A DNA stretch of 64,000 bases from Flavobacteriia bacterium (GCA_013298525.1 JAAFHW010000004.1:479-64478); one strand, 5' to 3'. Shown: positions 45,640-56,072, numbered from the stretch's first letter. Made by a program: numbers and translations. The notes: generated by a model from the letters alone, not told the origin.

Positions 45640-47331
45640 TTAATTTTTCAAATCTTTTAAACGCAATTGAACCGTCACAGTTCCATTAAATTCATTTTCA
45701 TCAATGCAATAAACGACATCAAATGGTTTTCGATTTTTAGTAGATTCTAGTTTATTTCCTAATCCAAAACCAATAGCGCCAAATCTCTCCGAATTGTTTT
45801 GTTTTACAAATAACTTCAAATGTTCGTTGTCTTTTCCTAATGGCTTGGCATAACCTGTATCTTTTACATTTTTAGTCATAAAAACAGGTGTCATATTTTG
45901 TGGACCAAAAGGTTCAAATTGACTTAATAATCGAATCAACTTCGGATTTATATCTGAAAAATTGATTTCCAAATCCACTGAAATTTCTGGAATTAGTAAA
46001 TCTGGGTGAATAGTTTTTTGAACTTCTTTTTCAAAAGCATCTTTAAATTTTTGGTAATTCTCTTCTTTCAAAGTCATTCCAGCAGCGTACATGTGTCCAC
46101 CGAATTGTTCCAGATGTTCTGCGCAAGCTTCTAACGCATTATATACATCAAAATCTTTCACAGAACGTGCCGAAGCTGCTAATTTATCGCCACTTTTTGT
46201 AAAAACAATTGTTGGTCGATAATAAGTTTCTGTCAATCGTGATGCTACAATTCCGATAACGCCTTTGTGCCAATTTTCCTGATAAAGTACCGTTGTAAAG
46301 TTCTTTTTTTCGTTATTGTTTTCAATTTGAGCCAACGCTTCAACAGTAATTTGTTTGTCTAAATCTTTTCGGTCTGCATTGTGTTGTTCAATCTCTGAAG
46401 CAAAAATTTCGGCTTGTTCTAAATTAAATTCGGTCAATAAAGCAACCGCTTCGTTTCCGTGTTTGATTCTTCCGGCAGCGTTAATTCTTGGCGCGATGAT
46501 GAAAACAACATCCGTTATGGTAAGCACTTTTTTCTTCACATTTTGAACCAATGCCTTAATTCCAGGACGCGGATTTGAATTAATCACTTCCAAACCAAAT
46601 TTAGCCAAAACTCGATTTTCACCAGTTATTGGAACAATATCTGCGGCAATGGCTGTGGCTACCAAATCTAAATAAGGAATTAAATCAAAAATAGATTGAC
46701 TTCTGTTTTCTGCCAATGCTTGAATGAGTTTGAAACCAACTCCGCAACCGCAAAGTTCGTCATAAGGATAAGTGCAATCTTCACGTTTTGGATCTAAAAC
46801 TGCAATTGCATTGGGCAATTCGTTTCCTGGTCGATGGTGATCACAAATGATAAAATCGATGTTTTTTGTATTCGCATAAGCGACGTGATCGATGGATTTT
46901 ATACCGCAATCAAGTGCAATAATTAACGAAATTCCGTTGTCATCGGCATAGTCAATTCCTTTATAGGAAATTCCGTAACCTTCGTCATAACGGTCTGGAA
47001 TGTATGTAGCAATATTAGAATAATAACTTTTTAGATAGGAGGAAACTAACGAAACAGCAGTTGTTCCATCGACGTCATAATCGCCAAAAACTAGAATATT
47101 TTCTCCATTTGCAATAGCTTTTTCAATACGAGAAACCGCTTTGTCCATATCTTTCATCAGATATGGATTGTGCAAATCGTCTAAAGTTGGTCTGAAAAAT
47201 GTTTTGGCTTGGTCGAAGGTTGTAATACCTCTTTGTACTAATAAAGTCGCAATGATTTCATCGACTTGAAGTTCGTTTTGTAGTTTTTGAACTTGTTCTT
47301 TTTCTGGCTTCGATTGTAATGTCCAACGCAT
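45640..47331 (-). CDS. recJ: Single-stranded-DNA-specific exonuclease RecJ
   Basis: DHH motifs (GDYDVDG, DCG, DHH in ICDHHRP) and DHHA1 (GGHMYAAG). Confidence 0.93.
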   Translation of the reverse strand: MRWTLQSKPEKEQVQKLQNELQVDEIIATLLVQRGITTFDQAKTFFRPTLDDLHNPYLMKDMDKAVSRIEKAIANGENILVFGDYDVDGTTAVSLVSSYLKSYYSNIATYIPDRYDEGYGISYKGIDYADDNGISLIIALDCGIKSIDHVAYANTKNIDFIICDHHRPGNELPNAIAVLDPKREDCTYPYDELCGCGVGFKLIQALAENRSQSIFDLIPYLDLVATAIAADIVPITGENRVLAKFGLEVINSNPRPGIKALVQNVKKKVLTITDVVFIIAPRINAAGRIKHGNEAVALLTEFNLEQAEIFASEIEQHNADRKDLDKQITVEALAQIENNNEKKNFTTVLYQENWHKGVIGIVASRLTETYYRPTIVFTKSGDKLAASARSVKDFDVYNALEACAEHLEQFGGHMYAAGMTLKEENYQKFKDAFEKEVQKTIHPDLLIPEISVDLEINFSDINPKLIRLLSQFEPFGPQNMTPVFMTKNVKDTGYAKPLGKDNEHLKLFVKQNNSERFGAIGFGLGNKLESTKNRKPFDVVYCIDENEFNGTVTVQLRLKDLKN

Positions 47332-47333
47332 AG

Positions 47334-47364
47334 GATATTAGATATTAGATTTTTAATATTAGAT
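47334..47364. repeat. Three copies of the ATATTAGAT nonamer immediately upstream of the recJ start
   Basis: ATATTAGAT at 47335-47343, 47342-47350 and 47356-47364. Confidence 0.85.
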
Positions 47365-47373
47365 TTTGGCGTG

Positions 47374-47488
47374 TAAATGTTTTGCAAATATATGAAAAAA
47401 TATTTTTTATTTTAAAATTTTATATACTGAAAATCAGCGCATTGTAATTTAATGTAAAAAAACATTAAAATATTTTGCAAAACATTTA
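47374..47488. repeat. Perfect 15-bp inverted repeat separated by 85 nt
   Basis: TAAATGTTTTGCAAA (47374-47388) and TTTGCAAAACATTTA (47474-47488). Confidence 0.85.
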
Positions 47489-47533
47489 TTGCTTTTCGTT
47501 ATATAATTGTAGATAAATTTTTAAAACAGAAAT

Positions 47534-47716
47534 ATGGAATATTTGTACTTAATAATCATAATTGGTTTGCCTTCAATATTTTTAATTATTAAGGCTTTCG
47601 TCTTAAAAAAGATTTTTCCTGAAATGAAAATAAAAGATTTTATAGAATATGTTAAACATTCAAAGAAAGTTAACATAAATGTATCCGTATTTCCAGAAAA
47701 GAAAAGTAATGAATGA
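47534..47716 (+). CDS. Possible small membrane protein (60 aa)
   Basis: One TM segment. No other support. Confidence 0.3.
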   Translation: MEYLYLIIIIGLPSIFLIIKAFVLKKIFPEMKIKDFIEYVKHSKKVNINVSVFPEKKSNE

Positions 47717-47786
47717 TAACTACTTTAAATTGTTTCCATAAAAAAAAGCATAAAAAATAATTTTTTAACTTTTAATCTATAGTGTA

Positions 47787-48137
47787 CTAGTACTTCAACT
47801 CCAAAGCTTCACCATCAAATGAAATTCCATCCCAACCAAATGTCATAAAATTTCTAATATTTTGATGGTCAATTCTGTCAGGATTTTTTAAAACATCATC
47901 AAAATAATAACTTCCAAAAAGCGATAAGGTTGCGTCCTTTTCTAAATTATTTATTTTGGCGAAAGCGAAAATTTTGCAAGAACCGTTATTTTCACCGGCA
48001 TTATTTAGTTGATTTCCGTTTTTGAAAGCAGTAGTAGTGAAGTTATAATTTGAATCAATTACTTCAATTGTTTCTTGAAAAGTTATTAATTCTGGATTTT
48101 GTTTTACTTTATTTAAAAAGTTATCAATGTTACTCAT
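47787..48137 (-). CDS. HopJ type III effector family-like protein
   Basis: Length and pattern (GENNGSCKIFAFAK, HQNIRNF) as I recall for the HopJ family. Confidence 0.65.
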   Translation of the reverse strand: MSNIDNFLNKVKQNPELITFQETIEVIDSNYNFTTTAFKNGNQLNNAGENNGSCKIFAFAKINNLEKDATLSLFGSYYFDDVLKNPDRIDHQNIRNFMTFGWDGISFDGEALELKY

Positions 48138-48834
48138 TGTCGTCTTTTCTTTTGTCTTTTACTGAAATTTTTCCGCTAACAACCGCCACAATTTCACCTT
48201 TAGGAGCTCTGGCTTCAAAGTGTTTTAAAACTTCTTCAGCTGTTCCGCGAATCGTTTCTTCGTGTAGTTTTGATAATTCTCTTGAAATAGAAACTTGGCG
48301 TTCGGCTCCAAAATACTGTACAAATTCGGCTAAGGTTTTTACCAATTTATGTGGCGAAACATAGAAAATCATGGTGCGAGTTTCTTCTGCTAAAGCTAAA
48401 TATCTTGTTTGTCTTCCTTTTTTTTCTGGTAGAAATCCTTCAAATATAAATCTATCGTTAGGCAAACCGCTGTTTACTAATGCTGGCACAAAAGCAGTTG
48501 CGCCTGGCAAACAATCAACTTCAATATTATTTTCAACGCAAGCGCGAGTCAATAAAAATCCTGGATCAGAAATAGCTGGCGTTCCTGCATCAGAAATTAA
48601 AGCAATCGTTTCGCCACCTTTTAAACGAGCAATCAAATTGTCAACGGTTTTGTGTTCGTTGTGCATGTGATGACTGTGCATGTGTGTGGAAATTTCGAAA
48701 TGCTTCAATAGTTTTCCACTGGTGCGCGTGTCTTCAGCTAGAATTAAATCGGCTTCTTTTAAAACTTTTATAGCTCTAAAAGTCATGTCTTCAAGATTGC
48801 CAATAGGCGTTGGAACGATATAAAGTTTAGACAT
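48130..48834 (-). CDS. rsmI: 16S rRNA (cytidine1402-2'-O)-methyltransferase
   Basis: LYIVPTPIGNLEDMT, AEDTR and SDAGTPAISDPG. Confidence 0.92.
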   Translation of the reverse strand: MSKLYIVPTPIGNLEDMTFRAIKVLKEADLILAEDTRTSGKLLKHFEISTHMHSHHMHNEHKTVDNLIARLKGGETIALISDAGTPAISDPGFLLTRACVENNIEVDCLPGATAFVPALVNSGLPNDRFIFEGFLPEKKGRQTRYLALAEETRTMIFYVSPHKLVKTLAEFVQYFGAERQVSISRELSKLHEETIRGTAEEVLKHFEARAPKGEIVAVVSGKISVKDKRKDDNE

Positions 48835-49806
48835 TTATAAAAACTTTTTCTCAACCAATTCAATAAATCTATCAGCATAATCGTCTGCGCCAACCCAATT
48901 GTTGTAATCTGGCTTGATGATTTCGTCAATAAAATCTTTTGCTTCTCTAAAAGTGCTAAACGTATTTAATTGTGATAAAACACGATTGTAATCTTCATTA
49001 CTATCTGCAAAAAGGAATTTTACAAATCCCATTCTGTCGTTCAATCCGATATTGATGGTTTTAGAAAGTTTATCATTCAAAGAAGGTGTTTTTCCTTCAA
49101 ATCTATCTACAATAATATCATCCGATTTTTCAAAAACCTCTTTTTTAGAAGTTGGAAGCGTTACATCATTTGGTTTTACAAAAACAGGTTCGGTATAATT
49201 TTGACCTAATAAATCTTCAAAAGAAATTTGTTGTGCTTTAGTCTGAACTTGATTCAGACTCTCGTCTTCTTCTACTTTAGGTTCTTCAATTTCTTCAGTT
49301 TCAACTGGAGTTTCTGCAGCTAATTCAAATATGGGTTCAAAATCTAAGTCGCTTTTAGCTTCACCAACAGGAACTTCTTCCTCTTCAATTTCATCTTCTT
49401 CCTCAAGTGTGATTTCGCCAACAATAACTGGTTCTTCTTCAACATCTTCTTCTTGAACTTCTGTTTCTTCAGATGCGGCAACAATTTCTTGTTCAACAAC
49501 TTCTTCAACTTCTGCTACAATTTCTTCCTTTTGTTCTTCAACTTCAGTAGCAATTTCTTCAACAACTACTTTTGGAGTTGCAACAACTGTTTTATTTTCA
49601 ACAAAACTTTCGATTTTTTCTTCAATATCTTCGTTAGAAATATCCGATTTTACTTGCTCATAGTTGTCGCCATAAAACTTCAAAACCGTTAATGCTTCGT
49701 ATAATTTTTGGGTTTCATGATACAATTGATCGATTTCCGATTTGTTTTTTAGCTTCAAAACTCGGTGTGCAATGCTGATTAATTCGGCTTCCAATCTTTT
49801 TTTCAT
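48835..49806 (-). CDS. Hypothetical acidic protein with a Glu-rich central linker
   Basis: Helical N-domain, ~110-aa E/V/I-rich low-complexity linker, globular C-domain. No family recognised. Confidence 0.6.
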   Translation of the reverse strand: MKKRLEAELISIAHRVLKLKNKSEIDQLYHETQKLYEALTVLKFYGDNYEQVKSDISNEDIEEKIESFVENKTVVATPKVVVEEIATEVEEQKEEIVAEVEEVVEQEIVAASEETEVQEEDVEEEPVIVGEITLEEEDEIEEEEVPVGEAKSDLDFEPIFELAAETPVETEEIEEPKVEEDESLNQVQTKAQQISFEDLLGQNYTEPVFVKPNDVTLPTSKKEVFEKSDDIIVDRFEGKTPSLNDKLSKTINIGLNDRMGFVKFLFADSNEDYNRVLSQLNTFSTFREAKDFIDEIIKPDYNNWVGADDYADRFIELVEKKFL

Positions 49807-49909
49807 AACTTTTTGAAATTATAGTGACTAGCTTATCTTATTTTATAATAAATTTGTTTCGATACAAAGTAATAAAAACAATTCCTTTTTTAAGGTCTAA
49901 AAATACAAA

Positions 49910-50536
49910 ATGTTTCTCGAAAATACAGTAAATCATAAAGAACAATTTGGTTGGATTGAAGTAATCTGCGGTTCGATGTTCTCCGGAAAGACCGAAGAAC
50001 TCATCAGAAGACTCAAAAGAGCGCAATTTGCAAAGCAAAAAGTGGAGATTTTCAAACCTGCCATCGATACTCGATATGATGAAGAGATGGTGGTTTCTCA
50101 TAATAAAAACGAAATTCGCTCAACACCAGTTCCTGCTGCAGCTAATATTGCTATTTTGGCGCAAGGTTGCGATGTGGTTGGGATTGATGAAGCACAGTTT
50201 TTTGATGATGAAATTGTAAAAATTTGTAACGATTTAGCCAATTCAGGAATTCGTGTTATCGTTGCCGGTTTGGATATGGATTTTAAAGGAAATCCTTTCG
50301 GACCAATGCCTGCGCTAATGGCAACTGCCGAATATGTTACTAAAGTTCATGCTGTGTGCACGCGTACAGGAAACTTAGCACATTATAGTTTTAGAAAAGC
50401 AGATAGTGATAATCTAGTTTTGCTTGGTGAAACGGAAGAATACGAACCATTAAGTAGAGCTGCTTACTACAAAGCGATACGCGAAAATATGGAAGTAAAA
50501 GATGCTGAACATTTGTCGGAAGACACAAAACCATAG
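49910..50536 (+). CDS. tdk: Thymidine kinase
   Basis: P-loop [17 protein letters not shown], and a zinc-ribbon-like C-terminal part. Confidence 0.93.
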   Translation: MFLENTVNHKEQFGWIEVICGSMFSGKTEELIRRLKRAQFAKQKVEIFKPAIDTRYDEEMVVSHNKNEIRSTPVPAAANIAILAQGCDVVGIDEAQFFDDEIVKICNDLANSGIRVIVAGLDMDFKGNPFGPMPALMATAEYVTKVHAVCTRTGNLAHYSFRKADSDNLVLLGETEEYEPLSRAAYYKAIRENMEVKDAEHLSEDTKP

Positions 50537-50542
50537 TCTAAA

Positions 50543-52987
50543 TTGACACTTTCCATAAGAAATATCATCCCAATCATTAAAGCACAATTTGTTGGCGTTA
50601 ATGAAATTGCTGTAATCGATTCGGTTTCTATTGATAGTCGTTCGCTTCAAAATTCTGAAAGCACTTTATTTTTCGCGATTGTTGGTCCAAATCACGACGG
50701 ACATAATTATATTTCTAATTTAATTTCAATTGGTGTTTCCAATTTTGTGGTGAATCATGTTCCAAAAGAATTTGAAAACGAAGCAAATTTTTTGGTGGTA
50801 GAAAATACGGTTGAAGCTTTACAAAATTTTGCATCAGCTTACAGAAGTAATTTTGACTTTCCAATAATAGGAATCACCGGAAGTAATGGAAAAACCATCA
50901 TCAAAGAATGGTTGAACTTTTTGTTAAGTCCGGATTATAATATTATTCGTTCTCCAAAAAGTTATAATTCTCAAGTTGGAGTACCACTTTCGGTTTTAGG
51001 AATCAATGAAAAACACAATCTCGGAATTTTTGAAGCTGGAATTTCTACCATAAATGAGATGGAAAATCTTCAGAAAATTATCCAACCAACCATCGGAATT
51101 TTATCTAATATTGGTTCGGCTCACGATGAAGGTTTTCATGATATTGGGGAAAAAATTAAAGAGAAATTAAAACTTTTTACCTCAGTTGAAGTCTTAATAA
51201 TGAATACGAACAAAACGATTGAAGCTTTTTTAAATCCAAAAATAAACCGATTTACTTGGAGTTCTGAGGATGGAAAAGCCGATGTTTTTGTAATCGCAAA
51301 AGAATATTCAGATCAAACGGAACTCAAAATAACTTATCACAAACTTTGTTTTAAAATTACAATTCCGTTCAACGATCAAGCGTCTATTGAAAATGCTATT
51401 CAATGTTTGATGGTGCTTTTGTATTTCAAATACGATCAAGATACTATTCAAAATCGTATGCAGTTGCTTTATCCAGTTGAAATGCGTTTGAAAGTTAAAA
51501 ACGGTATCAACAATACAACACTAATCGATGATAGTTATAGTTCAGATTATCAGTCGTTAAAAATAGCATTAGATTTTCTTGAAAGTCAGAAACAGTACAA
51601 AAAGAAAACCCTAATTCTGTCGGATATTTTTCAATCAGGATTGGTTTTGGAAGAGTTATATTCTAATGTTTCACATTTAATTGTTTCCAATAAAATAAAT
51701 CGTGTAATTGCTATTGGAGCAACAATTTCAACTTTTAAAAATAAGTTTCCAAATTGCATCGCATTTGAATCAACCGAAAAATTCCTTCAAAATATTGATA
51801 CTATTTCCTTTGAAAATGAGACTGTTTTGATAAAAGGTGCGCGCCATTTTCACTTCGAAGAAATCGTTTCATTATTGGAAGAGAAAACACATGAAACTGT
51901 TTTAGAAATCAATCTGAATGCTATAAGTCATAACTTGAATTATTTTAAATCCAAATTAAATCCAAAGACCAAATTGATGGTTATGGTAAAAGCTTTTGGA
52001 TATGGAAATGGCGGTTATGAAATTGCCAAATTGCTTTCGCATCATAAAGTAGATTATCTTGGAGTAGCTTTCGCCGATGAAGGAATTTCGTTAAAAAATG
52101 CTGGAATTGATTTGCCAATTATGGTTTTAAATCCCGAAAACACAAGTTTTTCCGCAATTATTCAACATCAATTAGAACCCGAAATTTATTCGATAAAAGG
52201 ATTAACGGCTTTCTTGAAAATTGCCGAACAAAAAAAATTAAAGCATTTCCCAATTCATATAAAATTGGACACTGGAATGCATCGATTAGGATTTGAAGAA
52301 GAAACGATTGATGAATTAATTGCCAAACTTAAAGATAACAAAACGGTAGAGGTAAAAAGTATCTTATCACATTTGTCAGCAAGTGATGATATGAAATTTG
52401 TTGATTTTACGCTTTCGCAAATTAAATTATTTGAAAAATTATCTTCCAAATTAATCACTGAATTGCAAATAAATCCGATACGCCATATTTTGAATACTTC
52501 TGGAATTTCTAATTATTCTCAAGCGCAATATGATATGGTTCGACTAGGAATTGGACTTTATGGAGTTTCCAACGATGAAGACGAACAAAAATTATTAGAA
52601 AATGTCGGTACTTTAAAATCTATAATTTCTCAAATCAGAACTATTGAAGAAGGAGAAAGCGTAGGTTACAGCCGAAGATTTATGGCAACCAAAACCACAA
52701 AAGTTGCCACAATTCCAATTGGTTACGCCGATGGAATTTCAAGACATTGGGGAAATGGAGTAGGTTATGTAACCATAAAAAACAAAAAAGCACCTATACT
52801 AGGAAGCGTTTGTATGGATATGCTAATGGTTGACATCACCGAAATTGATTGTAAAGAAGGAACTGAAGTAACCATTTTTGGAGACAATCCAACAGTAAGT
52901 TATATGGCAAAACAACTAGGTACTATTCCTTACGAGATTATGACAAGCATTTCGCAAAGGGTAAAAAGGGTTTTTTATAGAGAGTAG
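50543..52987 (+). CDS. Bifunctional UDP-MurNAc-pentapeptide synthetase (MurF) / alanine racemase (Alr) fusion
   Basis: N-terminal Mur ligase (GITGSNGKT). C-terminal PLP racemase (VMVKAFGYGNG, YGVS, GYADG). The only in-frame start near the 5' end is TTG at 50543. Confidence 0.88.
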   Translation: MTLSIRNIIPIIKAQFVGVNEIAVIDSVSIDSRSLQNSESTLFFAIVGPNHDGHNYISNLISIGVSNFVVNHVPKEFENEANFLVVENTVEALQNFASAYRSNFDFPIIGITGSNGKTIIKEWLNFLLSPDYNIIRSPKSYNSQVGVPLSVLGINEKHNLGIFEAGISTINEMENLQKIIQPTIGILSNIGSAHDEGFHDIGEKIKEKLKLFTSVEVLIMNTNKTIEAFLNPKINRFTWSSEDGKADVFVIAKEYSDQTELKITYHKLCFKITIPFNDQASIENAIQCLMVLLYFKYDQDTIQNRMQLLYPVEMRLKVKNGINNTTLIDDSYSSDYQSLKIALDFLESQKQYKKKTLILSDIFQSGLVLEELYSNVSHLIVSNKINRVIAIGATISTFKNKFPNCIAFESTEKFLQNIDTISFENETVLIKGARHFHFEEIVSLLEEKTHETVLEINLNAISHNLNYFKSKLNPKTKLMVMVKAFGYGNGGYEIAKLLSHHKVDYLGVAFADEGISLKNAGIDLPIMVLNPENTSFSAIIQHQLEPEIYSIKGLTAFLKIAEQKKLKHFPIHIKLDTGMHRLGFEEETIDELIAKLKDNKTVEVKSILSHLSASDDMKFVDFTLSQIKLFEKLSSKLITELQINPIRHILNTSGISNYSQAQYDMVRLGIGLYGVSNDEDEQKLLENVGTLKSIISQIRTIEEGESVGYSRRFMATKTTKVATIPIGYADGISRHWGNGVGYVTIKNKKAPILGSVCMDMLMVDITEIDCKEGTEVTIFGDNPTVSYMAKQLGTIPYEIMTSISQRVKRVFYRE

Positions 52988-53056
52988 TGAAAATTTTACG
53001 CAACCTTTTCTTAATTTTTACATCTAACACAATATAGACTATATAAACTTTATTAC

Positions 53057-55543
53057 ATGAAAAAATATTGCCTTTTAATTTTTCTATTTTTTACTTATTT
53101 CTTTCAAGCTCAAATTATAAATATTCCTGATTCAAATTTTAAGGCGAAGTTGTTGAGTGCGAGTTCTGATAATCCTGTTGCTTCAATTGAATCTCCAGAC
53201 AACTATGGATCTGTTAATTCTTATAACGTAATCGATAACAATAGTGATGGTGAAATTCAGGTGAGTGAAGCATTGTTAATTAAACATTTAAATATAGATT
53301 TGTCTAATATCACAAATTTGGAGGGTATTCAAAGCTTTTTAAATTTAGAGGCTCTGTATTGTAATTCTAATCAATTGACAAGTTTAAATTTAATTAATGG
53401 ATTGACAAGTTTGAAAATATTACATTGTTACAATAATCAAATAACAAGTTTAAATGTGAGTAGTTTGATTAATTTAAGATGGTTGGATTGTTTTAATAAC
53501 CAAATATCAACTTTAAATGTAAATGGTTTAACAAATTTAAGTATTGTAAGATGTTTTTTAAACCAATTGTCAGCTATAAATGTAAATGGTTTGACAAATT
53601 TAGAAACTTTATATTGTAGTGATAATCAACTGCTAAATTTAAATGTAAGTAGTTTGTCAAATTTAAAATATTTGGACTGTAAAAATAATCAATTATCAAG
53701 TTTAAATGTTAGTGGCTCAAACAATATTATTAATTTATATTGTGAAAATAACCAATTGACAACATTGGATGTAAGTGGTCTATATAATTTAATTTCTTTT
53801 ATTTGTAGTAACAATAATATATCAAGTTTAAATGTTGCTGGCACAATCAATTTAGAAAGTTTGTCTTGCAACAACAATCAATTATCTAGTTTGAATTTAA
53901 GTGGCTTGACTAGTTTACTTTTTTTAGCTTGTAACAACAATCTTTTATCAAGCATAGATTTAGATGATTTAGTTAATTTATCTGGTTTGAATTGTTCTTT
54001 TAACCAATTAAATTCTTTGCTTATTCACGACAATAATTTTACTGTCTACAGTAATCTAATCTTTTCAAACAACCCAAATCTTCAATACATTTGTACAAAT
54101 GAAATACTAATATCATCCATACAAGATAAGATTAATCAATATGGTTATACAGGAACATGCCATGTAAACAGTTATTGCTCTTTTACTCCTGGCGGAAATT
54201 TTTATACAATAAACGGATTTAATAAAATAGATACTGATGCTAATGGTTGCGACTCTAATGATCAGATTTATCAAAATTTGAAGTTTTTAATTAACGATGG
54301 GATTATCTCAGGTAGTATTATTTCTGACTCATCTGGAAATTATTCTATTCCAGTTCAAGCCGGTACTCATACTGTCACACCACAACTTGGCAATTCAAGC
54401 TACTTTTTAGTTTCTCCAACAAGCGCAACTGTAACTTTTCCAGCAACTGCAAGCCCTTTTGTTCAGGATTTTTGTATTGTACCAAATGGAGTTCATCATG
54501 ATTTAGAAGTAGTTATTATTCCACTAGTTCCTGCTCGTCCTGGATTTGATGCTACTTATAAAATAAAATACAAAAACAAAGGAAATCAAAATGAAACTGC
54601 AACTTTAGTTTTTAATTATAGTGATTCTGTTTTAGATTATGTTTCGTCAACATTAGCTCCAACCTCTGCAGGTACAGGTTTGCTTTCTTGGAATATTGGA
54701 ACAATTATTCCGTTTCAAAGTGGTGAATTTGTAGTAAAATTAAATGTAAATTCTCCAATGGAAACACCTGCTGTAAATGGAGGTGATATTTTGAGTTACA
54801 CTGCAACAATAAATGGATTAAATACAGACGAAACACAACTCGATAATACTTTTCCATTGCGTCAAATTGTTGTAAATTCTTATGACCCAAATGATAAAAC
54901 GTGTTTAGAAGGAACAACAATAAATCCTACTATGATTGGTGAATACGTACATTACCAAATTCGTTTTGAAAACACAGGAACATTTCCGGCGCAAAACGTT
55001 GTGATTAAAGACATGATTGACACTACAAAATTTGATATTTCAACGTTGCAAATCTCGGACACTTCACACAGTTGCGTTACAAGAATTACAAATCCAAACA
55101 AAGTAGAATTCATTTTTGAAAACATAAATCTTCCGTTTGATGACGCAACAAATGATGGTTATGTAGTGTTCAAAATTAAAACAAATTCAACTTTGTTTGT
55201 TGGAAATACCATAAGTAATTTGGCAAATATTTATTTTGACTACAATTTTCCAATTGTAACAAACACAGCAACAAGTACTTTTCAAGCTTTGTCAAACAGC
55301 ACTTTCAATTTTGAAAATTATGTTAGCTTGTCACCAAATCCAGCAAAAGATGTTTTAAACATCAATGTTCAAGATGAGATAAATATAAAATCAATTGCAA
55401 TTTATAATATGTTAGGTCAATTGGTTCAAATAACAACAAGCCCAACAAATTCGATAAATGTTTCCGATTTAAAAGCAGGGAATTACGTCATTAAATTGCA
55501 TATTGAAAAAGGCGAAATCATTAGAAAGTTTATAAAAGAATAA
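53057..55543 (+). CDS. Secreted leucine-rich-repeat protein with a T9SS C-terminal sorting domain
   Basis: Signal peptide. About 11 LRRs of 22 aa (LxxLxCxxNQLxxLNV, 53282-54023). Central beta-rich repeat domains (SYDPNDK). C-terminus LSPNPAKDVLNI...GNYVIKL. Confidence 0.8.
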   Translation: MKKYCLLIFLFFTYFFQAQIINIPDSNFKAKLLSASSDNPVASIESPDNYGSVNSYNVIDNNSDGEIQVSEALLIKHLNIDLSNITNLEGIQSFLNLEALYCNSNQLTSLNLINGLTSLKILHCYNNQITSLNVSSLINLRWLDCFNNQISTLNVNGLTNLSIVRCFLNQLSAINVNGLTNLETLYCSDNQLLNLNVSSLSNLKYLDCKNNQLSSLNVSGSNNIINLYCENNQLTTLDVSGLYNLISFICSNNNISSLNVAGTINLESLSCNNNQLSSLNLSGLTSLLFLACNNNLLSSIDLDDLVNLSGLNCSFNQLNSLLIHDNNFTVYSNLIFSNNPNLQYICTNEILISSIQDKINQYGYTGTCHVNSYCSFTPGGNFYTINGFNKIDTDANGCDSNDQIYQNLKFLINDGIISGSIISDSSGNYSIPVQAGTHTVTPQLGNSSYFLVSPTSATVTFPATASPFVQDFCIVPNGVHHDLEVVIIPLVPARPGFDATYKIKYKNKGNQNETATLVFNYSDSVLDYVSSTLAPTSAGTGLLSWNIGTIIPFQSGEFVVKLNVNSPMETPAVNGGDILSYTATINGLNTDETQLDNTFPLRQIVVNSYDPNDKTCLEGTTINPTMIGEYVHYQIRFENTGTFPAQNVVIKDMIDTTKFDISTLQISDTSHSCVTRITNPNKVEFIFENINLPFDDATNDGYVVFKIKTNSTLFVGNTISNLANIYFDYNFPIVTNTATSTFQALSNSTFNFENYVSLSPNPAKDVLNINVQDEINIKSIAIYNMLGQLVQITTSPTNSINVSDLKAGNYVIKLHIEKGEIIRKFIKE

Positions 55544-55607
55544 GTTTTTTATAATTAAGAGTAGTAATATTTCTACAAAAAATATAATATTATGTTAATA
55601 TTTTAAC

Positions 55608-55615
55608 TAATTTTG
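55608..55615 (+). promoter_or_regulatory. Candidate -7 promoter box upstream of mscL
   Basis: TAATTTTG lies 29 nt before the ATG. Confidence 0.3.
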
Positions 55616-55643
55616 CACCGATAACCAATAAAAACAAAATATC

Positions 55644-56045
55644 ATGTTAAAAGAATTTAAGAATTTTATAATGACAGGAAACGTAATTGAGTTTGCTGTT
55701 GCAGTAATTATGGCAGGTGCAGTTGGTGCAGTTGTTAATGGATTTGTTGCTGATATAGTAATGCCATTAGTAGGAATGTTAACTGGTGGTGTAGATTTTT
55801 CTGCACTTAAGTATGTTTTAGCTCCAGAAGTTAAAGATGCTGCAGGAGCAGTTACTAGCCCAGAAAATGCAGTTCGCTATGGTGCTTGGATTAATTCAAT
55901 TGTGAGTTTAGTTGTAGTTGGATTCGTTATGTTTATGATTATTAAAGCATACGGTAAAATGAAAAAACCAGCAGAAGCTCCAGCTCCAGCAGGTCCAACT
56001 CAAGAAGAATTATTAGCAGAAATTAGAGATTTATTGAAAAAATAA
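55644..56045 (+). CDS. mscL: Large-conductance mechanosensitive channel
   Basis: MLKEFKNFIMTGNVIEFAVAVIMAGA and the two-TM architecture. Confidence 0.93.
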   Translation: MLKEFKNFIMTGNVIEFAVAVIMAGAVGAVVNGFVADIVMPLVGMLTGGVDFSALKYVLAPEVKDAAGAVTSPENAVRYGAWINSIVSLVVVGFVMFMIIKAYGKMKKPAEAPAPAGPTQEELLAEIRDLLKK

Positions 56046-56072
56046 TAAACCGCTACAGTATATATTCTAACT

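Noticed and set aside
49838-50101. 87-aa minus-strand ORF and other short ORFs (50028-50219, 50450-50650) around tdk
   Set aside because: They are antisense or out of frame relative to the well-supported tdk and murF-alr genes.
53282-54023. Regular 66-nt periodic repeats that could suggest a CRISPR-like array
   Set aside because: The periodicity lies in frame within a long ORF and encodes canonical leucine-rich repeats. There is no repeat/unique-spacer alternation.
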